Shown here one piece after another: positions 17,208 to 26,993 of a DNA stretch of 32,812 bases. Numbering within the stretch: the stretch's first letter is position 1; every line of letters begins with the position of its first letter. The translations under genes were made by a program, and so were the position numbers. The notes below the pieces were generated by a model. That model searched no databases. It worked only from the letters and a program-made list of their open reading frames with translations, and was not told the DNA's origin. Source of the DNA: Oscillospiraceae bacterium (GTDB taxonomy: Bacteria > Bacillota > Clostridia > Oscillospirales > Ruminococcaceae); the NCBI GenBank assembly GCA_045642305.1, contig JAZUIR010000053.1, positions 1 through 32,812 on the forward strand, in the 5' to 3' direction.

Positions 17208-17446
17208 TCAACCAACCGCCTCCCGTTAACATGTTCAAATTCAACCATCAACAAAACAAACCTGCTGTTTCAACTAAATTTCTCAAAATATCTACCACCT
17301 AAAAATTAATTAATGCTCAAACTAACATACCACAACAATCATCAAGCACATTATTAAAAATATAACTTTACCTGCAAAACAAAATAAAAAGCTTAAAACA
17401 TTCAACCTCCCACGTTCAATAAAAACCCTAATTAACAGTTCAACAA

Positions 17447-18250
17447 CTAAACCCTTAAAATAAATCTGTCTTGCATACGTTTAAAAACAAAAACCCCGAA
17501 CACAAGAGTAAAAAAACAAACCCCAATGTTTATTAAAAAATGATTAACCGACGGCAACTGCCCCAAAACCAAAACCTGCCTGAAATCATCAATGAAATAA
17601 TAAAGCGGATTCAGCCTCACAACAGTTCCTATACCATAATTGTTGTCTAAAATTTTAATTGGGTATATGAGCGGAGTTAAATAGAACCAAACAGTCATCA
17701 AAACACTCCAAATGTGAATAATATCTCTGAAAAAAACCGCCAACGACGCCAAAACCAAACTTAATCCAACGGAAAACAAAAAAGTAAACATCATAGGCAC
17801 AAAAATAAAAAAAATAGTTAAATGAAAACTAACTTCACCCTTTAACACATAATATATGAACACTAAAAAAACAGCAACAGTCGAAAACACAGCATTCAAA
17901 AACGCAAAAGCACATCTTTCAATCGGGAAAATATATTTTGGAATATATACTTTCTGTAAAAGTAATGAATTCGATATAATGGAAGTCATCGCGCCTGTTG
18001 TTGCCTCATTAAAAAAATTAAAAATAGTTGCACCTGCGATATAAAAAACCGAAAAAGGCATTCCCACCGGCTGCATCCTAAGCAAAACAGTAAACACAGA
18101 AGTTAGAACCATCATAAGAAGCAGCGGATTCAGCATACTCCACAACACACCTAAAATCGACCTGCGATATTTTAATTTAAAATCCTTAGAAGTTAACAAA
18201 AACAACAACGGCATATATTTAAAAAAATTTTGAATATGCTTTCTTATCAA
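17447..18250 (-). CDS. wzm: ABC-2 type polysaccharide exporter permease (Wzm/TagG/RgpC family)
   Basis: 267 aa with about 6 hydrophobic helices. The N-terminal FKLKYRRSILGVLWSMLNP motif is typical of ABC-2 Wzm/TagG permeases. TTG start at 18250, with GGGGG about 10 nt upstream. Confidence 0.82.
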   Translation of the reverse strand: MIRKHIQNFFKYMPLLFLLTSKDFKLKYRRSILGVLWSMLNPLLLMMVLTSVFTVLLRMQPVGMPFSVFYIAGATIFNFFNEATTGAMTSIISNSLLLQKVYIPKYIFPIERCAFAFLNAVFSTVAVFLVFIYYVLKGEVSFHLTIFFIFVPMMFTFLFSVGLSLVLASLAVFFRDIIHIWSVLMTVWFYLTPLIYPIKILDNNYGIGTVVRLNPLYYFIDDFRQVLVLGQLPSVNHFLINIGVCFFTLVFGVFVFKRMQDRFILRV

Positions 18251-18268
18251 ATTAAATTGGCCCCCAAA

Positions 18269-18838
18269 TTAAAAATTAAAATTAAAATTTTGCTGCATCA
18301 ATTCTGTAAGGCACGGAGCGTTCTTGTCCTTATCAGAAAGCAAAACAACACCATTTTTTAACGGCCAGTCCACCGCAATTTCAGGGTCATTCCAAAGGCA
18401 GCTTCCTTCATCATTCGGATGATAAAAATCCGTAACCATATATTCAAACTTGGCCTTTTCGCTTAAAACATAGAACCCATGAGCAAACCCCGGAGGAACA
18501 AAAAACTCCAAAAAATTGCTATCACTTAAAACAACACCAAACCACTTCCCAAAAGTTTTTGAACCTCGCCTAAAATCAACCGCAACATCAAAAACTTCGC
18601 CCATTGTGCATCTAACAAGTTTGCCTTGTGGAAATTTTTTTTGAAAATGAAGCCCGCGTAAAACTCCACCCGACGACATAGACTCATTAGTTTGAACAAA
18701 TTTCATGTTTAAACCCGCTTGCTCAAAATCTTTTCTGTTGTAGGCTTCAAAAAAATAACCACGTTCATCAATAAACGGCTCAATTTTTATAACAAACAAA
18801 CCTTCAATTTTGGTTTCTTCAAAAACAAACCTGCCCAA
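18269..18838 (-). CDS. rfbC: dTDP-4-dehydrorhamnose 3,5-epimerase RmlC
   Basis: Contains ...DERGYFFE...VLRGLHFQ...KLVRC..GEVFDVAVD.R..S.TFG.W. and the cupin signature FVPPGFAHGF. TTG start at 18838, with GGAGG 9 nt upstream. Confidence 0.92.
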   Translation of the reverse strand: MGRFVFEETKIEGLFVIKIEPFIDERGYFFEAYNRKDFEQAGLNMKFVQTNESMSSGGVLRGLHFQKKFPQGKLVRCTMGEVFDVAVDFRRGSKTFGKWFGVVLSDSNFLEFFVPPGFAHGFYVLSEKAKFEYMVTDFYHPNDEGSCLWNDPEIAVDWPLKNGVVLLSDKDKNAPCLTELMQQNFNFNF

Positions 18839-18864
18839 TTTTGCTAACCTCCATTCAATTAACC

Positions 18865-19926
18865 CTAAACCTTTCCATAGTGATCACTATAATAACTTTG
18901 ATAGACCCCAGAAACAACATTTTTAAGCCACCTCTTATTACTAGCAAACCAATTAATTGTGGCTTCTATTCCTTCTTCAAAGCTAACTTTTGGCCTGAAC
19001 CCTAGCTCGCTTTCAATTTTGCTTGCATCTATAGCATAACGTCTATCATGCCCCTTTCGATCAGCCACATGAACTATTCTACTTCTGATTCCGTCGCTTT
19101 TCAACTCAGAACAAATATTCAAAATGGTTTGCACAAGCTCTAGGTTTGTTTTTTCGTTATGCCCGCCGATATTATAAACCTCACCTTCTCTGCCATTTTG
19201 CAAAACCAAATCAATCGCCGCACAATGATCTGAAACATATAACCAATCACGAATATTTAATCCATCACCATAAACAGGCAAATTTTTTTCATTAAATATG
19301 TTATTTATCATTAATGGAACAAGCTTTTCCGGAAACTGAAACGGGCCATAATTGTTAGAACATCGAGTAATATTAACCGGCATTTTATAGGTACTATAAT
19401 ATGACAACACAATCAAATCAGCCGACGCCTTAGATGCAGAATAAGGACTGCGCGGACCGAGCTTTGTGGTTTCACTAAAATAACCCTGAGAACCCAACGA
19501 ACCGTAGACCTCATCGGTTGAAATTTGCACAAATCGAACCCCTTTGCGATAGACATCAGACAAATCATTTTCAACCCAAGCTTTTCTTGCAGCATTTAAA
19601 AGAGCTGCTGTGCCTAAAACATTGGTTTGCACAAAAACTTCTGGGTTTTTTATGCTCCTATCAACATGACTCTCCGCTGCAAAATTAACAACATAGTCTA
19701 TTTCATTATGTGAAAAAATTTGAGAAAGCTTTGCCGAATCACAGATATCACCTTCAACAAATTCATAGTTTGAATTATTTTCAACCGACTGTAAATTTTC
19801 TAAATTACCTGCATAGGTTAACTTGTCTAAATTTATGATTTTCACGTCGTCATACTTTTGCAACATATATATTACAAAATTCGAACCAATAAACCCGGCT
19901 CCTCCAGTGACTAAATAGGTTTTCAT
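18865..19926 (-). CDS. rfbB: dTDP-glucose 4,6-dehydratase RmlB
   Basis: Contains VTGGAGFIGSNF, ISTDEVYG and YSASKASAD (YxxxK). AGAGGAA lies upstream of ATG 19926. Confidence 0.93.
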   Translation of the reverse strand: MKTYLVTGGAGFIGSNFVIYMLQKYDDVKIINLDKLTYAGNLENLQSVENNSNYEFVEGDICDSAKLSQIFSHNEIDYVVNFAAESHVDRSIKNPEVFVQTNVLGTAALLNAARKAWVENDLSDVYRKGVRFVQISTDEVYGSLGSQGYFSETTKLGPRSPYSASKASADLIVLSYYSTYKMPVNITRCSNNYGPFQFPEKLVPLMINNIFNEKNLPVYGDGLNIRDWLYVSDHCAAIDLVLQNGREGEVYNIGGHNEKTNLELVQTILNICSELKSDGIRSRIVHVADRKGHDRRYAIDASKIESELGFRPKVSFEEGIEATINWFASNKRWLKNVVSGVYQSYYSDHYGKV

Positions 19927-19964
19927 AATCGTTCCTCTCTGTTATAACCAATTTTGAATATACT

Positions 19965-20858
19965 TTAAGTTAAATCATACGCTTCACAATAAACTTCAAG
20001 CGCCTGCTTCCAATGCCTGAAGCTATCGCCAATCGTGAGCTTAAACATCAAATTCTCCATCACCGAAAACTTCGGCCTTTTTGCAGGCCTTTCAAAATCA
20101 GCCGAACAACACGACTCAACAACGGCGTCTATTTTAAAAAAATGAACAATTTCCGAGGCAAACTCATGCCACGAGCAGCTCCCATTCCCGCTTCCATGAA
20201 AAATTCCATACTGCTCGGTCGACATTAAACCACACACTGCAAACACCAAATCCTCAACATTAGTTGGACTGCCAAACTGATCAGCCACAACCTTAATCCT
20301 CCCGTTTTTTTTAGCAAGCCGTGCAATAGTTTTAACAAAATTTTTGCCATTTCTTCCATATAGCCACGCCGTTCTAACAACAAACCATCTGCTACAAAAA
20401 CTCTGAACATATTTTTCACCAAGCGCCTTCGATTTCCCATAAATCGTTTGCGGATTCAAAACATCACCTTCAACATATGGCCTTTGTGCCATGCCGTCAA
20501 AAACATAGTCGGTTGAAATTTGAACCAACTTCGAACCAACTCTTTCACAAGCCATAGCCAAATTGCGCGCCCCAACAGCATTAACCTCAAAAGCAGTCTC
20601 AATTTTGGTTTCACACGCATCTACATCGGTGAATGCCGCACAATTAACAACGCAAAACGGCCTTGTTTGATCAACAACTTCAAAAACTCGATCTTGATCA
20701 CAAATATCAAGATCGCTTAAATTTAACGCTAAAACATCGCATCCTTCAAGCCATTTCGGCACTCGTCCTAAACTGCTTTTGCCACAACTCAAAACCCTGC
20801 AAAACTCCGACCCCAGCTGACCACCTGCCCCAACAACCACAATCTTCACACTTGCCAA
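19965..20858 (-). CDS. rfbD: dTDP-4-dehydrorhamnose reductase RmlD
   Basis: Contains VVVGAGGQLG (Rossmann), STDYVFDG and YGKSKALGE. The track ORF begins at ATG 20909, but the codons for HVEVEI read GGAGGTGGAG (about 20866-20875), an SD for TTG 20858 (or GTG 20849). That gives the usual RmlD N-terminus M-ASVKIVVVGAGG. The alternative start is 20909. Confidence 0.88.
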   Translation of the reverse strand: MASVKIVVVGAGGQLGSEFCRVLSCGKSSLGRVPKWLEGCDVLALNLSDLDICDQDRVFEVVDQTRPFCVVNCAAFTDVDACETKIETAFEVNAVGARNLAMACERVGSKLVQISTDYVFDGMAQRPYVEGDVLNPQTIYGKSKALGEKYVQSFCSRWFVVRTAWLYGRNGKNFVKTIARLAKKNGRIKVVADQFGSPTNVEDLVFAVCGLMSTEQYGIFHGSGNGSCSWHEFASEIVHFFKIDAVVESCCSADFERPAKRPKFSVMENLMFKLTIGDSFRHWKQALEVYCEAYDLT

Positions 20859-20920
20859 TTTAATCTCCACCTCCACATGATATAAAAATGAATTTGCAAT
20901 ATATCTCAATCACTTCATCT

Positions 20921-21790
20921 TTAATTTTCACTGCAAATTTTTAACAAATAAGCTCCATAATCGGTTTTTTTCATGAAACTTGCAAGCTTTAAAAGCTGCC
21001 CTTTGTCGATAAACCCATTTTTGAACGCGATTTCTTCTAGGCAACCAACAACAACCCCTTGCTTGGTTTGAACAGCTTCAACAAAATTCGCTGCCCGCAA
21101 CATTTCCTTGTGGGTTCCTGTGTCAAACCAGAACAAATCACGTCCAAATAACTCAACCTTCAACCTCTTATTGTTTAAATAAACCTCATTCACCGAAGTT
21201 ATTTCAAATTCACCCCTGCCAGAAACAGAAACACTTTTTGCAATTTCAACAACCTCATTATCATAAAAATAAAGACCGGGAACTGCATAGTTTGAACTCG
21301 GTCTTTTTGGTTTTTCTTCTATTGAAATTAATGCTCCTCTTTTGTCGAAATTTAATACACCAAAATCACATGGATTCGAAACACCACACCCAAAAATCGT
21401 TGCACCATCAAGATTTTGACAAACCTTGCCCAACAAATCTTCAAAACAGCATCCATAAAATATATTATCACCAAGCACCAAACAAACATCATCATCTTTG
21501 ATAAAATCTTCTCCCAAAACAAAGGCCTGAGCCAATCCTTTTGGCTCTTTCTGAATCATATAACTAAAATTAACCCCAAACTGACTGCCATCTTTAAACA
21601 AATTTCTAAAAGTTTCTATATCTCGCGGAGTAGATATTATCAAAATATCGGTTATCTTAGCCATAAACAAAACCGACATTGGATAATATATCATAGGTTT
21701 ATCATATATTGTAAGTATCTGCTTGGAACACGCAAGCGTCGAAGGATATAGCCTCGTTCCAAGCCCGCCGGCCAAAACTATGCCTTTCAT
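20921..21790 (-). CDS. rfbA: Glucose-1-phosphate thymidylyltransferase RmlA
   Basis: Begins MKGIVLAGGLGTRLYPST and contains ...KQILTIYDKPMIYYP...GLAQAF. Full length is about 289 aa. Confidence 0.93.
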   Translation of the reverse strand: MKGIVLAGGLGTRLYPSTLACSKQILTIYDKPMIYYPMSVLFMAKITDILIISTPRDIETFRNLFKDGSQFGVNFSYMIQKEPKGLAQAFVLGEDFIKDDDVCLVLGDNIFYGCCFEDLLGKVCQNLDGATIFGCGVSNPCDFGVLNFDKRGALISIEEKPKRPSSNYAVPGLYFYDNEVVEIAKSVSVSGRGEFEITSVNEVYLNNKRLKVELFGRDLFWFDTGTHKEMLRAANFVEAVQTKQGVVVGCLEEIAFKNGFIDKGQLLKLASFMKKTDYGAYLLKICSEN

Positions 21791-21834
21791 ATTTTAAACC
21801 AACCTCCACAACCCAATTATCCCAATTAATTAGA

Positions 21835-22827
21835 TTAAATATATATAAATTGCCAAATTCTTCGCAAAAGACCGTGTTTGAAAAAACCACCCAAAATTAA
21901 CTTTTTTATTCGAGCAAATTTATTCCCAGTTTCAATCGAACAATAGTCATGCAAAACTTTTTTTTGACTAACACTCAAAAACCTGCGATATACTTTCAAA
22001 AAAGCCCTGCTTTGAACAAAAGTTAAATTCAAAAAACTTTTTATCTTTTTTCTTGAAACAACCTTCTTAAACAAAAAAAACAAACTAAAAAACCAAAACC
22101 TTAAAACTCCAAAACCTCCTTTAGGTTCAATCTGAAAAAAACCAACAACCTTTGCCCCGATTTCGTTGCCTGAATGCTGCCTATATAACACCATAGGCTC
22201 ATCTAAAAACTGCACCCTTCCAAAAGCACTAGCCACAATAGCAAGCCACCAATCATGCATTATAGCTTCATGTGGAACAAAACCACCAATTTTAATGAGC
22301 GCCCTGTTTGCCATCATGCTGCAACCAGTGACACAATTTTGCACAATAATCTGTTTCATGCTATTCGCGCTATAATTTAATTTTTGCGCTCTAACCATCG
22401 AAGAACATAGAACACTCAAGTTCTCATCAACAATCATCAAATCGGTGTGAACCAAAATCGGAACATCACCAAAACTTGCTTCAACCTGTTTAAGCGCATT
22501 CAAACTCTTTTCCAGTTTTGTTGGAACCCAAACATCATCCTGATCACAAAACGCAACATATTCTGCCTTTGACAACCTCATTAACTTCGAAAAATTACCG
22601 ACAGCACCACGAATTTTTGACCCCTGCAACCCGTAATCATTCAAGTGAATTTCAATCCTACCAGGATTGCAACGCTCAAATTCACGCAAAATCGCAACCG
22701 TTTCATCAGTTGATCCGTCGTCACTAGCAATAATCTTCCAACTAGAACAAGTTTGATCTTTAAGCGATTGCAATTGCTGCCGCAAAAATTTCTCACCATT
22801 AAAAGTCGCCAGCAAAATTTCGACCAT
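21835..22827 (-). CDS. GT2 family glycosyltransferase, probable rhamnosyltransferase (RgpB-like pattern)
   Basis: Contains LLATFNGEKFLRQQLQSLKDQT...WKIIASDDGSTDETV...CDQDDVWVPTKL...HTDLMIVDENL...VTGCSMMANRAL...HDWWLAIVA. This motif pattern belongs to a widespread GT2 subfamily found in rhamnan/O-antigen loci. The acceptor specificity is inferred, not shown. Confidence 0.75.
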   Translation of the reverse strand: MVEILLATFNGEKFLRQQLQSLKDQTCSSWKIIASDDGSTDETVAILREFERCNPGRIEIHLNDYGLQGSKIRGAVGNFSKLMRLSKAEYVAFCDQDDVWVPTKLEKSLNALKQVEASFGDVPILVHTDLMIVDENLSVLCSSMVRAQKLNYSANSMKQIIVQNCVTGCSMMANRALIKIGGFVPHEAIMHDWWLAIVASAFGRVQFLDEPMVLYRQHSGNEIGAKVVGFFQIEPKGGFGVLRFWFFSLFFLFKKVVSRKKIKSFLNLTFVQSRAFLKVYRRFLSVSQKKVLHDYCSIETGNKFARIKKLILGGFFKHGLLRRIWQFIYI

Positions 22828-23131
22828 GCCAAGCCTTACCCTCTAACAAAACATATTTCAGTTAAAACCTATCTTAACCTTAAAAATCACTAAATATCAC
22901 ACTAAGTAAATTAACAACTTCCATAACCTTCCTAAACCTACAACCTATGCTGGCTAATCGTTCTTTACGCCATTAATTTAAGAATCACAAAACGACTTCA
23001 TAGCAAACTTTTACAATCATCTGCTGCTAAAGTTTTCGAAAACCTCACCAAAACTTCCTGCAATCATCAATTAATTTCAAACAACAATCGTTCAAACAAA
23101 ACAAATTTTCATATTTATAATCACATTCCAA

Positions 23132-24004
23132 CTAACCGAATAAATTTCGTCGCAGCCTTCTGCTAAACACGCCAAACTTTGCAAAAAAACACTTAAATCG
23201 AATAGCGAACTTAACCAAAATTTCTGTTACAACACCATATTTTTTCTTATAATGCTTATCATAAAAAATTTCCATGCTATCATAAAAATGCCTAACCACA
23301 GCAACACTACCTCTACCACTGCTGTTTTTTAGATGAGTAAAATACGTTCTACCGAAATATATGTTTCTGAAACCTTCACACTTCAAACGATAACACAAAT
23401 CAACATCCTCGCCATATAAGAAAAACGTTTCATCAAAACCGCCAACACGATCAAAAACGCTCTTTTTTATCATCATGAAAGCCCCTGAAACGCAATCAAC
23501 CTCTGCCACACTCTTCTCATCAACAAAAGTTTGCTGATAGGCCCCAAACCTGCGTGATTTTCTAAAAATTCTGCTCAACCCTGAAAAATAATACAGCGAA
23601 GCCATCGGAGTCGGAAACCCTCGCTTGCAACCAAAATCAAGCTCACCACTTGGTAACAACTGCCTAATTCCAAGAACACCAACATTTTTATGGCAAGAAA
23701 AATAACTAAAAGCCTGGTCGACACTTCCATCATAAACAATCGAATCAGAATTTAAAAACAACAAACAATCACTAATTGCTTTCTTTGCCCCAAAATTACT
23801 GGCATTAGCAAAACCTTTATTTTCATTCAACCAAAAAACCCTGACCCGTTCATCATCACAACTAAATCGCAAACCGCCAGATTTAGAATTATCAACCACA
23901 ATAATTTCATATTTTAAGGTTTTCACCGTGTCAAAAATCGATTTAACCAAACCACTAACAAGTTCACAAGTTCCATAATTAACAACCACTATTGTTAAAT
24001 CCAA
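23132..24004 (-). CDS. GT2 family glycosyltransferase, WbbL/RfbF-like (candidate rhamnosyltransferase acting on the lipid-linked primer)
   Basis: TTG start at 24004, with GGAGA about 10 nt upstream. Contains IVVVNYG...EIIVVDNSKSGG...NKGFANASNFG...LNSDS...SGAFMMIKKSVFDRVGGFDETFFLYGEDVDLCYRL. Confidence 0.75.
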   Translation of the reverse strand: MDLTIVVVNYGTCELVSGLVKSIFDTVKTLKYEIIVVDNSKSGGLRFSCDDERVRVFWLNENKGFANASNFGAKKAISDCLLFLNSDSIVYDGSVDQAFSYFSCHKNVGVLGIRQLLPSGELDFGCKRGFPTPMASLYYFSGLSRIFRKSRRFGAYQQTFVDEKSVAEVDCVSGAFMMIKKSVFDRVGGFDETFFLYGEDVDLCYRLKCEGFRNIYFGRTYFTHLKNSSGRGSVAVVRHFYDSMEIFYDKHYKKKYGVVTEILVKFAIRFKCFFAKFGVFSRRLRRNLFG

Positions 24005-24141
24005 AACTTAAAATTCTCCAACTAAAATATTACAACTGCGCCCTGCCAACAAAACCTTAATCTAACTCAAAACTAACCGGACCAACCCACCACAGACTGC
24101 CTCAGTCGCCGCTAAACAAAAAAAACCTGGCGCCACAAACT

Positions 24142-24483
24142 TTAAACCAATTTAACAATCGCCATCAGAGCCGCATCGCCCCTACGCACGCCAGTTTTAA
24201 CTATGCTGACACAACCACCATGTTTGCCTTCATATTTTGGAACAATTTCATCAAACAATTTCTTAACAACATCTTCCTTAGTGACATACGCCAAGGCTTG
24301 ACGTTTAGAACTCAAATCGTTGTTTCTTCCAACAGTTATCATCTTCTCTGCAGCGCTTTTAACCTCTTTTGCTCTGGTTAGCGTAGTTTTTAACTTCCCA
24401 TTTTCAAACAAAAAAGTAACCATAGACCTGAGCATAGCTCTCCTGCTTGCAGTTGGTCGCCCCAATTTTCTTTTTTTTGCCAA
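24142..24483 (-). CDS. rplQ: 50S ribosomal protein L17
   Basis: Contains KLGRPTASRRAMLRSMV...ITTLTRAKEV-like sequence. TTG start at 24483, with GAGGTGA 5-6 nt upstream. It follows rpoA. Confidence 0.93.
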   Translation of the reverse strand: MAKKRKLGRPTASRRAMLRSMVTFLFENGKLKTTLTRAKEVKSAAEKMITVGRNNDLSSKRQALAYVTKEDVVKKLFDEIVPKYEGKHGGCVSIVKTGVRRGDAALMAIVKLV

Positions 24484-24517
24484 ATTTGCTCACCTCACAA
24501 ACTTTTTCTAATTTATT

Positions 24518-25480
24518 CTACTTAACCCTTTCCTCATCGCCACGCTTTAAACTATAACCCAAACTCTCAAGTTTTTCAATAACCTCGTCTAAAGATTTTT
24601 TGCCTAAATTACGAACCTTAACTATGTTCTCTTCACCAAATTCAATCAAATCTTCAAGCGTGTTTATACCGGCACGTTTCAAACAATTAAACGACCTCAC
24701 CGAAAGCTCCAATTCCTCAATTGTCATTTCAAGCGCTTTTTGTTTAACCTCACTAGCCTTATCAACCATTATGTTGTCGCTATAATCCTGACTCGACAAA
24801 TCAACAAACAAATTCAAATGTTCCATAAAAATCTTAGAAGCCAACGACACAGCATTCTTCGCTGATATTACGCCATTAGTCCACACTTCTAAGGTTAACT
24901 GATCAAAATCGGTGACCTGCCCAACTCGAGTGTTGTCAACAAAATAGTTAACCTTCTTAACCGGCGTATATATACTATCAATTGGAATAGCTCCTATTTC
25001 ATTAAGAATGCCAAGCTTGTTTCGTTCCGCATTCACATAGCCCCTGCCACTGTCGAGAACCAACTCCATTTTAAGCTTTGCCGATTTTGCAAGTGTTGCT
25101 ATATGCATGTCTGGATTTAAAATTTCAACCTCCGAATCAGCTTCAATATCACCTGCAGTGACCTCGCCTTCACCTTCAGCGTTAATATATAAAAGCTTTT
25201 TAGAATTCCCGTTTATTCGTGCTGCCAAACCTTTAATGTTCAAAATAATTTCAGTAACATCTTCCTTAACGCCTTCAATTGTTGTGAACTCGTGTTGAGC
25301 TCCTTCAACCTTAACCGAAGTGACTGCAACCCCTGGAAGCGACGAAAGCAAAATTCTTCGCAACGAATTGCCCAAAGTTATTCCAAAACCACGCTCCAAA
25401 GGTTCAAGCACCACTTTACAGTAAGTTCCATCAGGATTTGTGCTAGCAACATCTAACTTTGGTCTTTTAATCTCTAACAT
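24518..25480 (-). CDS. rpoA: DNA-directed RNA polymerase subunit alpha
   Basis: Contains [26 protein letters not shown] and the C-terminal domain [23 protein letters not shown]. Confidence 0.95.
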   Translation of the reverse strand: MLEIKRPKLDVASTNPDGTYCKVVLEPLERGFGITLGNSLRRILLSSLPGVAVTSVKVEGAQHEFTTIEGVKEDVTEIILNIKGLAARINGNSKKLLYINAEGEGEVTAGDIEADSEVEILNPDMHIATLAKSAKLKMELVLDSGRGYVNAERNKLGILNEIGAIPIDSIYTPVKKVNYFVDNTRVGQVTDFDQLTLEVWTNGVISAKNAVSLASKIFMEHLNLFVDLSSQDYSDNIMVDKASEVKQKALEMTIEELELSVRSFNCLKRAGINTLEDLIEFGEENIVKVRNLGKKSLDEVIEKLESLGYSLKRGDEERVK

Positions 25481-25516
25481 TTAACCCCTCCTGCGAACAT
25501 CATAAACCAACTCGAA

Positions 25517-26146
25517 CTATTTAGAATAGAGCTCAACAATCAAATGCTCAGCAACTTCCAAGCCAACCTCTTCCCTGTTGCACAAACGCTCAACCGAAAT
25601 AGTGAAGTTAGCTCTATCAACACTTAGCCACATGGGAACGGGCTTAGCTTCAAACTTCTCCAAAATATCTTTAAACTTAGGCGACTTCCTGCTTTTTTCC
25701 TTCAACTGAACAACATCACCTGGGCTCAAAATCATAGAAGCTATATTAGCCTTCTTGCCGTTCAAAGTGAAATGATTATGGAGCACTAACTGCTTTGCTT
25801 CAGCTCTTGAAGACGCAAAACCCGCGCTATATACAACATTGTCAAGCCTAGATTCCAAAATCTTCAACAAGTTTTCACCGGTCATTCCTGGTTGACGTTC
25901 AGCCTTGTCATAATATCTTAAAAACTGCTTCTCCAAAACGCCATAATAGCGTTTAACAACCTGCTTTGCTCGCAACTGAATTCCATATTCCGAAATCTTC
26001 TTGCGACCCTGCCCGTGTTGACCAGGAGCATAACCCCTAAGCACAATTGAACATTTGTCTTGATTATAACAACGCGTGCCCTTCAAAAACAATCTTTTAT
26101 TCTCTCTTCTGCAAAGCCGGCAAACAGCCTCTGTATATCTTGCCAT
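25517..26146 (-). CDS. rpsD: 30S ribosomal protein S4
   Basis: Begins [15 protein letters not shown] and contains ...[19 protein letters not shown]...RLDNVVY. Confidence 0.95.
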   Translation of the reverse strand: MARYTEAVCRLCRRENKRLFLKGTRCYNQDKCSIVLRGYAPGQHGQGRKKISEYGIQLRAKQVVKRYYGVLEKQFLRYYDKAERQPGMTGENLLKILESRLDNVVYSAGFASSRAEAKQLVLHNHFTLNGKKANIASMILSPGDVVQLKEKSRKSPKFKDILEKFEAKPVPMWLSVDRANFTISVERLCNREEVGLEVAEHLIVELYSK

Positions 26147-26181
26147 ATTTAATTTACAACCTCCATCGTTTTCAAAATACT

Positions 26182-26565
26182 CTACACCCTTCTACGTTTT
26201 GGCGGCCTGCATCCATTATGTGGAATAGGTGTAACGTCTTTAATTAAACTCAACTCCAAACCAGCCATCTGCAATGCTCGAATAGCAGCCTCTCGACCAG
26301 AACCCGGCCCCTTCACCAAAACTCCAACAGTTTTCACACCATGCTCCATAGCACGCTTTGCCGCCTGCTCTGCCGTGATTTGAGCGGCATAGGGAGTAGA
26401 TTTTCTGCTACCCTTAAAACCCAATCCACCCGCTGAAGCCCATGAAATACAATTTCCTTGCTTATCAGTGACATTCACTATGGTGTTATTAAACGTTGCT
26501 TGAATATGAACTATCCCACTTTGAATATTCTTGCGTTCCCTTCTTCGGCGCACAATCTTTGCCAT
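26182..26565 (-). CDS. rpsK: 30S ribosomal protein S11
   Basis: Contains [18 protein letters not shown] and ...[14 protein letters not shown]...[15 protein letters not shown]. Confidence 0.95.
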   Translation of the reverse strand: MAKIVRRRRERKNIQSGIVHIQATFNNTIVNVTDKQGNCISWASAGGLGFKGSRKSTPYAAQITAEQAAKRAMEHGVKTVGVLVKGPGSGREAAIRALQMAGLELSLIKDVTPIPHNGCRPPKRRRV

Positions 26566-26596
26566 ATATTAAATTACCTCCAACAAATTTTTTGCT

Positions 26597-26962
26597 CTAT
26601 TTTTTGCCTGCTATAATCTTACGCGGCCCTTTTCTGGTTCTGGCATTGGTTTTGGTTTTTTGCCCTCTAACCGGCAGATTTATGATATGGCGCCGCCCTC
26701 TATAACATTTAATATCTTTCAATCGCTTTATGCTAAGTCCAATTTGCCTTCTCAAACTGCCTTCAACGCTCAAATTTTTGTCAATATATCCACGAATTTT
26801 TACTGCATCAGATTCAGTTAAATTTTCACAGCGCACATCAGGATCAACCCCTGTTGCCTCAATAATCTTTTTTGCCGTACTGTGTCCTATTCCAAAAATA
26901 TAGGTTAAACCAACCTCAATCCGCTTATTGCGCGGCAAATCCACTCCTGCTATTCTTGCCAT
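26597..26962 (-). CDS. rpsM: 30S ribosomal protein S13
   Basis: Begins [26 protein letters not shown] and contains ...[24 protein letters not shown]. Confidence 0.95.
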   Translation of the reverse strand: MARIAGVDLPRNKRIEVGLTYIFGIGHSTAKKIIEATGVDPDVRCENLTESDAVKIRGYIDKNLSVEGSLRRQIGLSIKRLKDIKCYRGRRHIINLPVRGQKTKTNARTRKGPRKIIAGKK

Positions 26963-26993
26963 TTTGCTAATAACCTCCTAAAAATTTTTAAAA

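Noticed and set aside
17208-17446. Mini-ORFs in the wzm-wzt spacer (MF-stop after GGGAGG; a hydrophobic 31-codon frame MNVLSFLFCFAGKVIFLIMCLMIVVVC) as a hidden small membrane peptide or leader peptide.
   Set aside because: The TTG of the 31-codon frame abuts the GGGAGG with no spacing. The 2-codon ORF has only 4 nt of spacing. I cannot show conservation. This is kept only as part of the spacer finding, not called as genes.
22828-23131. Mini-ORFs of 6-17 codons in the GT2-GT2 spacer (for example MEVVNLLSVIFSDF and MIAGSFGEVFENFSSR).
   Set aside because: They are too short, their RBS spacing is marginal, and they have no recognisable motif. They are indistinguishable from chance in a 304-nt AT-rich stretch.
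12672-24004. The glycan locus as a horizontally acquired genomic island.
   Set aside because: I saw no integrase, transposase, IS remnants, flanking tRNA or direct repeats. By eye the base composition and strand skew match the flanking core genes. Variable content among strains is still likely for such loci, but I cannot support recent transfer from this sequence.
24118-24135. A rho-independent terminator after rplQ (GC-rich GTGGCGCCAGG followed by T8 on the - strand).
   Set aside because: The GC-rich element is an 8-nt self-complementary palindrome (TGGCGCCA) that cannot form a stable stem with a viable loop. I found no better pairing partner. It is not called as a feature and is mentioned only as a possible weak or leaky signal.
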